This document shows, one piece after another, positions 1 to 13,638 of a stretch of DNA of 64,000 bases (positions are counted from its first letter, which is position 1; each line of letters opens with the position of its first letter). The notes under the pieces are model-generated. The model saw only the letters and a list, made by a program, of their open reading frames with translations, was not told the DNA's origin and did no database searches. Source of the stretch: Macrostomum lignano (taxonomy: Eukaryota). The stretch lies in assembly GCA_002269645.1 (NCBI GenBank), contig NIVC01000773.1:62001-126000 (forward strand). The letters are read 5' to 3'. The translations under genes and the position numbers were made by a program.

Positions 1-228
1 GACAAAATGTTCTGGAAACACATCGGATCTATGGTTCCATGGGCTTGAATCGAGTGACGAAAAATCAACTTCAGTTATTCTTCCAGTGTGTTAGGGACTC
101 TGCGTGTTCTTTCATCCGTTGGCTGCTTGTCCGCGTTTTCCCGATCTGAAATTATAGTTTATCGAATTTTTAAGGACATATGCTTCCCTGGTCTGTACTA
201 CTCAGCTATGTTTCTTACACGAAGTGGG

Positions 229-686
229 ACTTCACTTGGATCTGAAGCCATCGCCGATCCACTTCTTGGACCTGAAGCCATCACCGAGCCACTTCTTGGA
301 CCTGAATCCATCACCGAGCCACTTCTTGGACCTGAAGCCATCACCGAGCCACTTCTTAGACCTGAAGCCATCACCTAGCCACTTCTTGGACCTGAATCCA
401 TCACCGAGCCACTTCTTGGACCTGAAGCCATCGCCGATCCACTTCTTGGACCTGAATCCATCACCGAGCCACTTCTTGGACCTGAAGCCATCGCCGAGCC
501 ACTTCTTAGACCTGAAGCCATCACCGAGCCACTTCTTAGACCTGAAGCCATCACCGAGCCACTTCTTAGACCTGAAGCCATCGCCTATCCATTTCTTGGA
601 CCTGAAGCCATCGCCGATCCACTTCTTGGACCTGAAGCCATCGCCGATCCACTTCTTGGACCTGAAGCCATCGCCGATCCACTTTT
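229..686. repeat. 30-bp minisatellite, about 15 copies (ccacttcttggacctgaagccatcaccgag)
   Basis: Direct tandem periodicity of 30 nt; the ORFs 88..378, 224..712 and 375..581 are by-products of it. Confidence 0.95.
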
Positions 687-2802
687 TAGTCAGGCGTTCG
701 TCGTTATCATAGCCAGAAACTTCGTGGCTGGAACTTTCCTGAAAGGTGTTTTGTTTTCAGTTGTAAATTTGTACTATCGGTTTTCATCCAACTCAAATAT
801 CAATCCGCTCACAAAAATGATCGGTAATAATAACAGAAAGCTTACCAGCTTTTCGGAGAAGACCAGCGTACCACTCAGAGCCACTGTAATGAGAGATTGG
901 GTGACCAAGATGTTTAAATTTAAGAGGTTATGCAAATTTTAGTCCATTTCTACAAAAATTCGAATGCATAATTCTGCGCTGGAACGCAGAAGTCCTGTTC
1001 TGCAGTTAAGAGAGAGGCTCAGTACAGAATCACACGATAGAACACAGTTCTTTCTCTCCATCTCTCTGGCACACACAGATTTATTCCATGCAATCTGGAT
1101 GGGCTGAGATAAATCCTCTCTCTTGAGTTCATCTCTGAGCGAAAGCGAACAGGCGCGTGTTGACTGAGCAGTCGAACATCGAGACAGATGGCCGAAAGAA
1201 AGACACATGCCGTTTCTTTCGGGCTTCGCACCCGGGAAGTAGGTAGAGGTTTACGTAAGTCCTGTGCAATTGTGCAGATATTCGCAGTAATATAATATTT
1301 ACGAGTAATTAGAGTGTTAATATTTGCTCTGCAGAAATGCTCCGGGATTGCGCGAATCCACTATAGCAGCATCCTAGTGTCCATCTAGCAGTGAAATATT
1401 TAGCTAATGAAATTCCATACGACTCAGTGGGTTATGAATAAATGTAAATCGTTCAAAATTAACGCAAAGACACGCAATTTGTCCCGAAATTCGAATATAG
1501 AGGCCAACTGTTCATAGAAAAGGCTTGCCGAGTTAATGCCGACTTTGCAACTGGTTAGCCGGTCACATCTCGCATCGGCTTTCCTTTGTATCATGTGTCT
1601 TCAAATATCCCGATCTCTCTCTGCATCAGCGATGACCTTGGAGACTTTCTGCTAGCAGTACAAAGAAAGACACACTGGCAGATGAGAGAGGAAGTGCGCC
1701 AGTGTGGGGGGAAATGGAAGGCAAGAATGGCCTGCTCTGAAAGCCAGATTGATGACTCTTGACGGCAGCTCGCAGCGGCTAATGGAAGGGAAAGCAATGA
1801 ATCGGGGGGGCCCGAGTCACTAGCCAAGCTTTAGTGATTCAGCACTCTGACGTCGCATCTGGTTCTGCCTTTTACCCTCTCACCTTCGCTGCACACTAAT
1901 GCTTTCAGTTTTGCTTTTGCTGTTTCATAGACAGAGCAATACTAATATTGCTTGCACTTTTTTCAAGCCACTTTGCTAGGATAAATCGCTATGGCTAAAC
2001 TCGATACCGGATTAGTTCGAACTACCCCCGAGTAACAAAATACTCGTAGCTGAAAGTCTATCGGCTAACTCGACATTCCAGAATCATTGCAGACTCTGAG
2101 CTGTCTGTGCGCTCAGAAGAGACTTTGCTAGGCATGGTAGAACTCACCGCAGAGGCACAGCATCAGAGCAGACATTGGCGCCATGGCTTAAGCTTTCGCT
2201 CCTGTTACCGCACTCTACTTGATTTGCTATGCGCTTCAAAAATGCAATAAATCAAAGCCTTCCAGCTTGACACGCGGTGAGCAAAAACCTTTTACACCCG
2301 GCTATGCCGGCTGTCTCTTATCGGTCGAGTGCGGCTCCACGGCTCAACCTGATTGGACCGTCCACAGCCTGTCTCGCTTTGCTTATTCCACCTCTCCACC
2401 ACCCGCACGGAGCGGTCCTATTGGCAGGAGATCGGAGGTCGACACGTTTTTGTTGCCAAATTTTGATAATCGTTGTTTAATTTGGAGAGAGACAGAGCCA
2501 GTAGTTGTTTAGCTTCAGCAGTCAGTTTCAGCCAATCAATTAATTAATATGCTATGTCACTATGGGTTCTTAACTTTGAGTAAGCGCAGTAGCGTCTCTA
2601 TGTCTGCTTTTGAAGCACTGATAAGAAATTCTTCATAACATCTGCATGTATATGGAAACGTTAGTTTAATTAATTCAATTAGTTCAATTTATCAAGATAT
2701 TTCATTTCATATGATTTACCTTATGTTATCAGCAGACGGATGATTAACCCTATGAGCAGACGGAGGATAAGCCTTATTAGAGCAGTTGGTGGTTTCTTTG
2801 AA

Positions 2803-3095
2803 GAGGTTCTAGCCTAGTGGTTGGAGCGTCGGACTCACGACTGGAAGGTCGGGGGTTCGATTCCCTATCCCACTCGGAGCAATTTGTGTCCTTGAGCAAG
2901 ACACTCACTCTGCATTTCTTCAGTTCGCCCAGCTGTAAAATGGGTGCCAATAGCTGGGGTAACTGAGGGTGTGAGTGGCGACCCCCCAGTCCTTGGACTG
3001 AACAGCCGTACGCAGCTTTCAGCCCTTCAGCTGCGGCTGAGCTGTCGGTTGCACATCAGCCCAATAGGGCAATTATAATCAATTTATGCCTTCTG
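2803..3095 (+). mobile_element. tRNA-derived SINE with CORE-like central domain, copy 1
   Basis: Pol III A box (tagcctagtgg) and B box (ggttcgattcc); central tgtgtccttgagcaagacact...ctgtaaaatggg; 3' hairpin and AT-rich tail. Near-identical copies at 5138-5410 and 7418-7720. Confidence 0.85.
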
Positions 3096-3920
3096 CTCCT
3101 CTTTAGAATTTCTATTTCTATTGGCTAGACTCATGCTGGATCACAGTTAATTAAATAATTCAATGATTGAAAATCATGGCTGAAAGGAAATTACTATATG
3201 CAAGACAAAATCGACTAGGTTTGAATTTGAGCAGCAAAATTAGCTCGTTGGATAAGGCACCCCGGATTCAAACAGGTTCAAAGCACTAGCTGGTGACTGG
3301 TTCCTCCTAATGGATGCCACTCGCCCCACAATGCGGACCAGTCAATACATTGGCTGACTTCTCACTCGGCCTCTACTAAAAGCATCAGGAAGCAGCGCTG
3401 GCGCCCACAGATCCCTCAGTGTCAGCTAGGTCTTCTCTCTAATGGAAATTTGTTCTGCAATAAATATAAAAAGCAGTCTGCATCGCTGCCAAACACTGGA
3501 TGGATGGGTGGGGGCGGGGCGGTGTGCTCAGAGAGGAGATATACGTAGTTACATAAATGCTGGCTGAGGTGTTCCAAAACTTGCACTGAAGTAAAACTTA
3601 CCGTGCAGTAGATTTTCTGATCAATTTTTTCTTTGCATATCATCAGTCTCCGCTGCGCTCAGGGACTCTCTGCTCAAATATTGGTGCTGACCGAGCCCAA
3701 TGGCTATAATGTGTATATATAGATATGCAGCTCGCCAGGTAGTGGGCTGCTTTAGTGAGAAATTAACTTCTCTGTTTGTTGACTTGTCAGTTGCAGTGGG
3801 TATTCGCACCGTTAGACAGATATGGGCATAAATGGAATAGCGATGAAAATGGCCTAATTTATTTGGGATGAGAACTGCTGCGTGTAAATGTGAAATACAG
3901 ATCGCGATTAAACACAGTGC

Positions 3921-4290
3921 AGATCGTGAATGAACAATTCACATCGTGAATGAACAATTCACATCGTGAATGAACAATTCACATCGTGAGTGAACAATTC
4001 ACATCGTGAATGAACAATGCACATCGTGAATGAACAATTCACATCGTGAATGAACAATTCACATCGTGAATGAACAATTCACATCGTGAATGAACAATTC
4101 ACATCGTGAATGAACAATTCACATCGTGAATGAACAATTCACATCGTGAATGAACAATTCACATCGTGAATGAACAATGCACATCGTGAATGAACAATGC
4201 ACATCGTGAATGAACAATTCACATCGTGAATGAACAATTCACATCGTGAATGAACAATTCACATCGTGAATGAACAATGCAGATCGTGAA
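3921..4290. repeat. 20-bp minisatellite, about 18 copies (acatcgtgaatgaacaattc)
   Basis: Direct tandem periodicity of 20 nt. Confidence 0.95.
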
Positions 4291-5137
4291 TGAAAAAAAA
4301 TGAATTAAGTGAAAGAGAAAGGCGCGAAGATGGCTAGGTGAGTGAGAACGGCTGGCCATTACTCCGAAGCACTGTGGATTGCAATGAAGTGCTGTTGAGC
4401 GCTGGTGGAGCGAGACGGGTGCCTCATTATTTCTACTTCTTGCTGTGTGATATGGCTGGATTGGTCGCGAGAAGCAATAGAGAAATTCATTTGTTTCGGA
4501 GAAGCAGCTCGGGGTAACAGGCTTCCTACACTGCATTGTAACTTTCATTGCACTCCGTGTTTTGCTGCTCTCCTAAAGTGACCTCCTCAGCCACTCTCTC
4601 CTCTTCTCAGGGCTTCATTAGTTTTTGTTCCTATCGCTCAGGCCCGGGATTTGTCCCAGACTAAACCCTTCTAAGCAAACTACACTTCTTAACCGTCTGC
4701 CCCATCCTTACAGCATCCTGCCTAACATCCGGCACTGCAACCCTCCCTGTTCGTCTTTTCCTATCTCCGGCTCCCAACTCCCATTGTTGCCAGAGGGGAA
4801 GCTCGGCTTTTTACTGAAAAAAACCCGAAAATTCGAGGAAAAATTTCCCGCGCAAAGCAAACATCCGCTCCTCGCCGTGTGGACCAGGCCCAGGTCGCTT
4901 CTGACAATGCAAGGCTCTCCCCTGCTTTCAGCAATAATTTCCTTTATTGTCCAGAGCTTCTTTCGGAAGCAATTATTGCAGCTCTCTGACTAAAAGATTC
5001 AAATCATTGTTCAGATGTTTTTATAAATAGAAATAAGGGGGCTAGGAAATGTGTTCTAATTAGCTTTAGCAGGTAGGGAGGGGACGAGTGGAGCTTCCTA
5101 ATTAATATAAGTTCTGTAAGTGTCTTGTTCCGTACGG

Positions 5138-5410
5138 AATAATAATATAATTATAATAACTGATTACACCTGCCCTAATGGGCCAGATGTGCAACCGACA
5201 GCTCAGCCGCAGCTATTGCGCGGCGCATCTGAAGGCTGCGTACGGCTGTTCAGTCCAAGGACTGGGGGGGGTCGCCATGCACACCCTCAATTACCCCAGC
5301 TAATGCTGGCACCCATTTTACAGCTGAGTGAACTGAAGCAATGCAGAGTGAAGTGTCTTGCTCAAGGACACAAATTGCTCCGAGTGGGATCGGGAATCGA
5401 ACCCCGACCT
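5138..5410 (-). mobile_element. SINE copy 2, 5'-truncated (A box missing)
   Basis: Reverse complement of the 2803-3095 body and tail; similarity stops just upstream of the B box. Confidence 0.85.
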
Positions 5411-5444
5411 CAGAACGCGAAACTGATAAGTAAGCAACTAGTAT

Positions 5445-5635
5445 GAGTGTTCATGGGTTTATGGGTTTCTGAGTTCATGGGTTCCTGAATTCATGGGTTC
5501 CTGAGTTCCTGAGTTCATGAGTTCCTGATCATGAGTTCCTGAGTTCATGCGTTCCTGGGTTTATGGGTTCCTGAGTTTATGTGGTATTGAGTTTATCAAA
5601 TCATGGGGTCATGAGTTCAGGGTTCCTGAATTATT
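5445..5635. repeat. Degenerate short tandem repeat (gagttcatgggttcct-like)
   Basis: Imperfect recurring motif. Confidence 0.7.
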
Positions 5636-6139
5636 TAAATAGCCCTTAAAAGCTGCATCGCTAATTGCTTGGCCATAGTTTAATTAGCTACGTAAAATCT
5701 GCTCAAAAAGAGCATCTCTCAGCCGCAGATCTGTCCCCTCTGCGTAGATTTTAATTGACTGTTCGTCATTTCTGTTCCCGGGGATTATAAAGCCTGTGAC
5801 GGTTGGGGGTCTTTCTTCTTGAAACTAAAAATGATAGCTGGGGAATGGTTCTAAAAATAATTACCTTTATGTGGCCGCAGTCCCGCCTGTCTGCCTGTTT
5901 AAGGAAACCGTTAGTCGACTGGATTCGAGATTAAAAACCTCCACTAGGTTTAAAAAATTGGTTGTCAATTTATTAACTGATGGTTGATGAGTAAGAAGAT
6001 TGGCTGACTTCACAAACGACGAAGTTTTATTAATAGAAATATCTTGTAGCTTGCGGCCGCCAAGCCTCTCTATCTGACCCTCTGGTCCTTTGAAACTTCA
6101 CAATAGCAATCCGGCCCGCTCAAGCCAAGGTTGGTGTCG

Positions 6140-6255
6140 CTTTTCAGCTCTCTTCTCTCTCCAATCTCCTCTCCTCTCCTCTCCCCTATATTCTCTCTTC
6201 TATCCCTTGTTCTATCCTTTCTCCTCTTCTCTCTCCTCTTCTCTTCTCTCCTCTC
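6140..6255. repeat. CT-rich low-complexity tract
   Basis: Runs of ctct/cctct; explains the S/L-rich and R/E-rich ORFs here. Confidence 0.8.
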
Positions 6256-6534
6256 TCGGGCCCGGGAGATAGAGTTTGCCAACGGCCCTGCTAAAAAAGT
6301 CCGTATTCAATGGTAGCTACAAAAGGAAAATGATCATTTAGCCTAGAGAAATTTACGCCTAAAAGTTTCAATGTAAACTTTTTTTCAAAATAAATGAACT
6401 GAACTTATATAAGGTTTAATTAGAGTCTTCGACTTTCATCTCTTTTAGACTATCTTAATTATAGTAAAAGTGACGCGATTATGAGTGTAATCCGGACAAG
6501 TTTGGCGGATTATTTGCTGGTCCTGCCGGCGTCC

Positions 6535-7170
6535 CTGTAGGCGGAGCGCTTCGATCTTACCGGTATCCCTGAAGGTGGAGCGCTTCTTACCGGTGTCCCT
6601 GTAGGCGGAGCGCTTCTTACCGGTGTCCCTGTAGGCGGAGCGCTTCTTACCGGTGTCCCTGGAGGCGGAGCGCTTCGATCTTACCGGTGTCCCTGAAGGT
6701 GGAGCGCTTCTTACCGGTGTCCCTGGAGGCGGAGCGCTTCGATCTTACCGGTTCCCTGAAGGTGGAGCGCTTCGATCTTACCGGTATCCCTGAAGGTGGA
6801 GCGCTTCTTACCGATGTCCCTGGAGGCGGAGCGCTTCGATCTTACCGGTGTCCCTGAAGGTGGAGCGCTTCTTACCGGTGTCCCTGGAGGCGGAGCGCTT
6901 CGATCTTACCGGTGTCCCTGTAGGCGGAGCGCTTCGATCTTACCGGTTCCCTGAAGGTGGAGCGCTTCGATCTTACCGGTATCCCTGAAGGTGGAGCGCT
7001 TCTTACCGATGTCCCTGGAGGCGGAGCGCTTCGATCTTACCGGTGTCCCTGTAGGCGGAGCGCTTCGATCTTACCGGTATCCCTGAAGGTGGAGCGCTTC
7101 GATCTTACCGGTATCCCTGAAGGTGGAGCGCTTCTTACCGGTGTCCCTGGAGGCGGAGCACTTCTTACTG
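6535..7170. repeat. 30/35-bp minisatellite (ggcggagcgcttc[gatct]taccggtgtccctgaa-like)
   Basis: Two unit lengths differing by a 5-bp indel; units contain the palindromes agcgct and accggt. Confidence 0.9.
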
Positions 7171-7417
7171 ATGTTCCTGGTGTTAGGACTACAATTGCTT
7201 ATTCGTTCCTACAGTGGCATTTAATTCTTTAAAAATGGTACTGCACTTCTAAAAGACGTCAAGCTGAAGTAAAGCAACCCGCATACATCGAGCCAACATA
7301 TTTAGGGGGATGAGAAATCTTGCAACCAAGACTTCAATTTCATTTTGTAGACTATAGGCCGGGAAACGGACCTGCATAGCATTACCAAATATTTTGAGAT
7401 GTGTATAGGAGTTTAAT

Positions 7418-7720
7418 ATTAATAATAACTGATTATACCTGCCTAATAGGCAGATGTGCAATCGACAGCTCAGCCCGCAGCTACTAATATTGCGCGGCGC
7501 ATCTGAAGGCTGCGTACGGCTGTTCAGTCCAAGGACTGGGGGGTCGCCACACGCCCTCAATTACCCCAGCTATTGGCACCCATTTTACGGCTGGGTGAAT
7601 TGAAGCAATGCAGAGTTAGTGTCTTGCTCAAGGACACAAATTGCTCCGAGTGGGTCGGGAATCGAACCCCCGACCTTCCAGTCGTGAGTCCGACGCTCTC
7701 ACCACTAGGCTACAACCCCC
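7418..7720 (-). mobile_element. SINE copy 3, full length
   Basis: Reverse complement reads gggggttgtagcctagtggtgagagcgtcggactcacgactggaaggtcgggggttcgattccc..., then the same body and (AAT)-like tail as copy 1. Confidence 0.88.
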
Positions 7721-10259
7721 AGGTTTAGAAAAATAATATATTAGAGGTTGAAAATTTGAAAGCATGACCTAAGTATAGGCATCAGCAACAAGTCTCTGCA
7801 CATGGTGTCATGAAATTTCCTTATACTTTGAATCGAATGTTAGCAGCTGTGTAAAAATAACTGAGTTTTGTTTGTTTAAAATCAATTTAATCGATAGATT
7901 TCTAGCTGACACTTTCTCATTCGCCTCTGCAGGCTTAAGCCAACCTGCTGCAGAGTGTCTGATAATAGATTAACCCAAACCAAATTAAGCCAATGGGAAC
8001 ATTGTGCATCCAAATCCATTAAGCAGATTTCGGCTGTCGGCAATTGATGCTTAGAGTCATATAAAAGATCTCTCTGAGCTCCAATATAATTTATTTCCCT
8101 AGCTAGCCGCGGGCGATCGGTACGAGCGCAGTGTACATGTATGCAGCTGCACATGTAGAGATTAAATTATGCTATTCGGGTGTATTCTCCGACTGTTTTG
8201 TACGGGCCGGGAATTTGCTTGCATTCAGAGAATGAAGTCGCAAGACTTGACAAATCTCTCAAGATGTTATGTTATGATCGCAGTGGAGCCTTTCTGCCTG
8301 ATTGAGACGTCGATCGGGATGCATCGTGACTAATGCGTCATTGGGAAGATGGAGGGATAAGAACGGTTTTAGACAATATTTATCTCCGTTAAGTGCAATC
8401 TGACTTGATTGAAGTGGTTCAATTGCCGCGAGTCCTGACTTTTCCTCGATACTAACTTTATCCTTTGTTTTTATTTCTGCAAAAATCAACGTTTGGTCCG
8501 CAGTTTAGAACTATACATGCAGATGATGCTGCTGATATTGGACAATATTTGTATTGATTTCAGTTTCAAAACTGAAATCAATACAATCATTTTTGCTAGC
8601 TACGATATAATATTGTGCAGGTGGTCAGTGGGAGTTGGTGCGACAGAAATATGGCATATTGCAACAGACGCTCATGCTTTAGATCGGGAGAAGCTGTATA
8701 TTTAAACTCATAAAGAGGACTGCACAGTTCATGTTTGCCGTTCAACTATTAGCTCTCGTTACAAACCTGTGCAATGTTCGTCTGCAAGTATAGGTAATAA
8801 AATTCTTTGATCACCTTAATTAATTTCGCCTCAAATAGTAGTCTTTCCCCTCGACCCTCGATCACATCATATAGTCTCCCCCTGACCAGATTAAACATGT
8901 ATAGTCTCTCCCCTGACACACTATGCATCCAATATTGTATGACTCATGAGCAGTAGAGTTCAAATCTCCAATGGTATTGAATGTTGAATCCCAAAAAGTC
9001 ATTAGAAAGTGGAAGGTTATTTTCTGTTTTAATTTTTAGCCTAATATACTTCTATATATATAAATCAGTTAAGGGTGCCTAGCTAGCTAGGACGAAGCAT
9101 GCTCTAACTTGACTAGTCCGCTAGGGGCTGGAGCATGCTCCTGTGCTCCGTAGCTAGCTATACCCGAAGCATGCTCCCAGTGTGAACCAATAAGAATTGC
9201 GCATATTGGGGTTGCAGCAAATTTATAACAAAAAATATAGCACAAAGCAAAACTTGTGTTATGTTGTAATGAGTACTGATGTGTTGGCACTACTGTTGTA
9301 TTTTATTGACAACATCTTAATCTTCAGTTGTACTTTGAATTTCAAGAAAAACCGAACGCGTGCATAATTAACTTTTTACTTCTTTTCAAACTTTACGTTG
9401 ACTAACGCGTCAGCCCGACAACTCCCATCAAATGGGAGTGTATCAATCAATTGAAAGCTTTCACAGGTGTTATTTTTTTTTTATTAACGATTTGCAGTAG
9501 AAAAATTGATGTTGTTAATTCTAATTCGCTTGCATGTAATTTGAAAACAAAATTTACAGGAAGAAGGGTTCCTGTGTTCAACGTTCAACAAAAGCTTCCA
9601 AGGCATATAATTTGTTGTGCTGGGCCTACTGTGCATTGCTGTGCTGGCCAATGCACTAGACTGAACAAGTGAAGGCTCCGTGTACATGATAAATGAAAGG
9701 AGCTTTTATTAAACTTCTTGTGTATTATTTTGTGCTTGCTTTAGTATTTTGTTCTATAGTTTAAAGCCTGTCAGTTAATTATTAATACAGTTAATATAAG
9801 CCTGACCCTGGGCCTGGAATTATTGCATGATTTGAGACCTACTATATAGAACTTAGACAAGCTCTTTGTCTCTTAAATTTGATTTTTAGCCATGTTAATA
9901 TTTATATAAATGCCTTTTGAAACATAAATGTGGGTCTAATATTATAAGAGGCAACTTATAAGCTGCTTTTATTCAGTTATTGAAAAGGCTTCAATTCAAT
10001 TCAATTCTATTATTTAGCTACAGCCATATGTATGTAAAAGCCTATTAAACATAAGCACTAGGCCTAGCTTATTGACTTAATAGATTTAGCTAACTAGATC
10101 TGAGGCTTAATTTTTTTGTTTTTCTATCTATCTACTACATGTATCTAGGCCTACCATTAGACCTAGACTAATAAAAAATTAGTCTAGTCTAATAAAAAAT
10201 TAAGCCTACAATATTTTTATTAAAAATATCTGATCCTTGACTTATTGTCCCTCCTTAGT

Positions 10260-11700
10260 TCTCCTTTCCCCTAGCACTAGCTTTCGTCCCTTGACCCTGG
10301 CTTCTTCCTTGACCCTTGAATTCCTTCCCTTTGACCCTGGTTTCTCTCACTCCTGATCCCCAGTTTCCCTCCCCTGACCCTTGGCTTAACTCCTAATCCC
10401 TGGCTTCTCTCCCCCTGATCTCTGGCTTCTCTCCTCCCTGATCCCTGGCTTTACTCCCCCTGGTCTCTGGCTTCTCTCCCCCCCTGATCTCTGGCTTCTC
10501 TCCCCCTGATCTCTGGCTTCTCTTCCCCTGATCCCTGGCTTCTCCCTCCCTGATCTCTGGCTTCTCTCCCCCCTGATCTCTGGCTTCTCTCCACTTGATC
10601 TCTGGCTTCTCTCCCCCTGATTCCTGGCTTCTCTCCCGACCCCTGGCTTCCTTCCCCTGACCCTGGCTTCTCCCTCCTGACCCCTGGCTTCCCTCCCCTG
10701 ACCCTGGCTTCTCCTTCTTGACCCCTGGCTTCCCTCCCCCTTGACCCCTGGCTTCCCTCCCCTGACCCTGGCTTCTCCCTCTTGACCCCTGGCTTCCCTC
10801 CCTAACCCTGGCTTCTCCCTCCTGACCCCTGGCTTCTCCCTCCTGACCCCTGGCGTCCCTCCTTCCTAACCCCTGGCTTTACTCCTAACCGCTGGCTTAC
10901 CTCCCCTGACCCTGGCTTCCATCCCCTGACCCTGGCTTCCCTCCCCTGACCCTGGCTTCCCTCCCCTGACCCTGGCTTCCCTCCCCCGACCCCTGGCTTC
11001 CCTCCCCTGACCCCTGGCTTCTCTCTCCTGACCCCTGGCTTCTCCCTCTTGACCCCTGGCTTCCCTCCCCTGACCCTGGCTTCCCTCCCCTGACCCTGGC
11101 TTCCCTCCCCTGACCCTGGCTTCTCTCCCGACCCCTGGCTTCCCTCCCCCTTGACACCTGGCTTCCCTCCCCTAACCCTGGCTTCTCCCTCCTGACCCCT
11201 GGCTACTCCCTCCTGACCCCTGGCTTCCCTCTCCCTTGACTCCTGGCGTCCCTCCTTCCTAACCCCTGGCTTTACTCCTAACCGCTGGCTTACCTCCCCT
11301 GACCCTGGCTTACCTCCCCTGACCCTGGCTTCCCTCCCCTGACCCTGGCTTCCCTCCCCCGACCCCTGGCTTCCCTCCCCGACCCCTGGCTTCCCTCCCC
11401 TGACCCTGGCTTCTCTCCCCCTGTCCCTGGCCTTTCTCCTTACTAACCCCTGGCTTCCCTCCTTCCTAACCCCTCCCAGGCTAACCCTCCTACTCTACCC
11501 CTCCCAGCTACGCTCTCTAGGCTACCCCTCCCAGGCTACCCCTGCCATTGTACCCCTCCTAGGCATCCCTCCCAGACAGCCCCTCAGGCTCCCCTCCTAC
11601 TTTACCCCTCAGGCTCCCCTCTTACTTTACCCCTCCCAGGCAGCCCTTCCAGGCTACTCCTCCCAGGCTACCCCTTCCATGGCAACCACTTCCAGGCTAT
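10260..11700. repeat. Degenerate ~20-bp C-rich minisatellite (cccctgaccctggcttccct) grading into ccctcccaggcta units
   Basis: Direct imperfect tandem repeats; inverted counterpart at 19370-20930. Confidence 0.9.
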
Positions 11701-11982
11701 CTCCCACTGTACCCCTGTGTACTGTCTCTATTTATGTTCGAAACTGAGAAGATTGTTTCGTTTCGGTATTATTTAAAAAGATAATGCATCATTTTTTACT
11801 TCAGACGCTTCACTCTCATCATTTCAGGTGCGTACATGCGAGTCAGCTAACGCTGACGCCGCACTTTGTATTCGGCTTTCCAACGGGGAACTGTGCGTTT
11901 ATGAAAGCCATTTGGGATTTGGGATGCCAGAAAAGATATTCTATTTTGCAAGGATCCGATAAAAGCTGCCGCTTCGGCTGCA

Positions 11983-13029
11983 CTGCAGTGACCGCCGGCT
12001 CAAGCGGAGACGATCGCAGGACTGTTTGCTGCCTGCCGCTTGCTGCAGTGACCGCCGGCTCAAGCGGAGACGATCGCAGGACTGTTTGCTGCCTGCCGCT
12101 TGCTGCAGTGACCGCCGGCTCAAGCGGAGACGATCGCAGGACTGTTTGCTGCCTGCCGCTTGCTGCAGTGACCGCCGGCTCAAGCGGAGACGATCGTAGG
12201 ACTGTTTGCTGCCTGCCGCTTGCTGCAGTGACCGCCGGCTCAAGCGGAGACGATCGCAGGACTGTTTGCTGCCTGCCGCTTGCTGCAGTGACCGCCGGCT
12301 CAAGCGGAGACGATCGCAGGACTGTTTGCTGCCTGCCGCTTGCTGCAGTGACCGCCGGCTCAAGCGGAGACGATCGCAGGACTGTTTGCTGCCTGCCGCT
12401 TGCTGCAGTGACCGCCGGCTCAAGCGGAGACGATCGTAGGACTGTTTGCTGCCTGCCGCTTGCTGCAGTGACCGCCGGCTCAAGCGGAGACGATCGCAGG
12501 ACTGTTTGCTGCCTGCCGCTTGCTGCAGTGACCGCCGGCTCAAGCGGAGACGATCGCAGGACTGTTTGCTGCCTGCCGCTTGCTGCAGTGACCGCCGGCT
12601 CAAGCGGAGACGATCGCAGGACTGTTTGCTGCCTGCCGCTTGCTGCAGTGACCGCCGGCTCAAGCGGAGACGATCGCAGGACTGTTTGCTGCCTGCCGCT
12701 TGCTGCAGTGACCGCCGGCTCAAGCGGAGACGATCGCAGGACTGTTTGCTGCCTGCCGCTTGCTGCAGTGACCGCCGGCTCAAGCGGAGACGATCGTAGG
12801 ACTGTTTGCTGCCTGCCGCTTGCTGCAGTGACCGCCGGCTCAAGCGGAGACGATCGCAGGACTGTTTGCTGCCTGCCGCTTGCTGCAGTGACCGCCGGCT
12901 CAAGCGGAGACGATCGCAGGACTGTTTGCTGCCTGCCGCTTGCTGCAGTGACCGCCGGCTCAAGCGGAGACGATCGTAGGACTGTTTGCTGCCTGCCGCT
13001 TGCTGCAGTGACCGCCGGCTCAAGCGGAG
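11983..13029 (+). repeat. Highly homogeneous CpG-rich 60-bp tandem array, 17 full units
   Basis: Unit gtgaccgccggctcaagcggagacgatcgcaggactgtttgctgcctgccgcttgctgca; the only variant is cgc>cgt in units 4, 8, 14 and 17. Confidence 0.97.
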
Positions 13030-13638
13030 GACGATCGCTGCTCCGCGTGCTATCATCCGGTTCCGCGACGACCTTAACGAACAGTGGCAAAGTGAGGGCT
13101 ATTTAATAAACCATAGTTATGACCTGAACGATTTTCTGAAGTGATGCGTGTTTGTGTGACTCACATTCTGGTGATGCGCAGTTCTGTACCAGCTGTTTGT
13201 AGTTGCTGTGTAGCTGAAGTTTCTGCGGGTAGCTTTATGTTGCGAGCATTACTTCAGTTGGTTTTGCGTAGCTGCATAAAGTTATTCTATCCAAGCAGCA
13301 CATTACCTTTGCGTTTATTGAGAGCTTTAATATTTTTTTTGTCCGAATAACAAAAAAAATGCATTTTGCTCAATCGATGTTACCCGGTAATTTGGCTGTT
13401 GCGCCACGCATTTTCGCGCAGAAGTGACCGAAATTGTCCAAGTATTTTTCTATTTTGTGTTACACTTATTTGAGAAATTTCGCTTGCTCAAAAGAATTGA
13501 CCAGACTGCAAGTCGCAGAGTTTGAATTTCGGATCGCGGCGACCTGAAAAATCTTTCATTCTGCTCAAAATGTTAAACATCCTTAGCTAATGGCAAACTA
13601 TCTACATAGTCTGGCTAATTTGCTACCTCAAGTAAGCT

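Larger units (their letters stand above)
9080..13057 (+). repeat. Left arm of a long inverted repeat (AT-rich outer domain, C-rich minisatellite, unique segment, 60-bp array)
   Basis: Reverse complement of 18621-21949, apart from a non-matching block at about 9180-9420 vs 21650-21840. The inner part appears base-identical: the ORF MHHFLLQTLH... occurs on + at 11784 and on - at 19279. Confidence 0.9.

Noticed and set aside
1625-1765. Possible terminal exon (ctctctctgcatcag|...DDLGDFLLAVQRKTHWQMREEV...*)
   Set aside because: A single acceptor-like site with no partner exon or homology; insufficient support.
2803-2875. tRNA gene
   Set aside because: A and B boxes are present, but the acceptor and anticodon stems do not close and the sequence continues into a repeated SINE body.
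11784-13106. Long ORFs in several frames over the 60-bp arrays (also 18578..19279)
   Set aside because: The 60-mer simply lacks stops in several frames on both strands; there are no splice signals or recognisable domains.
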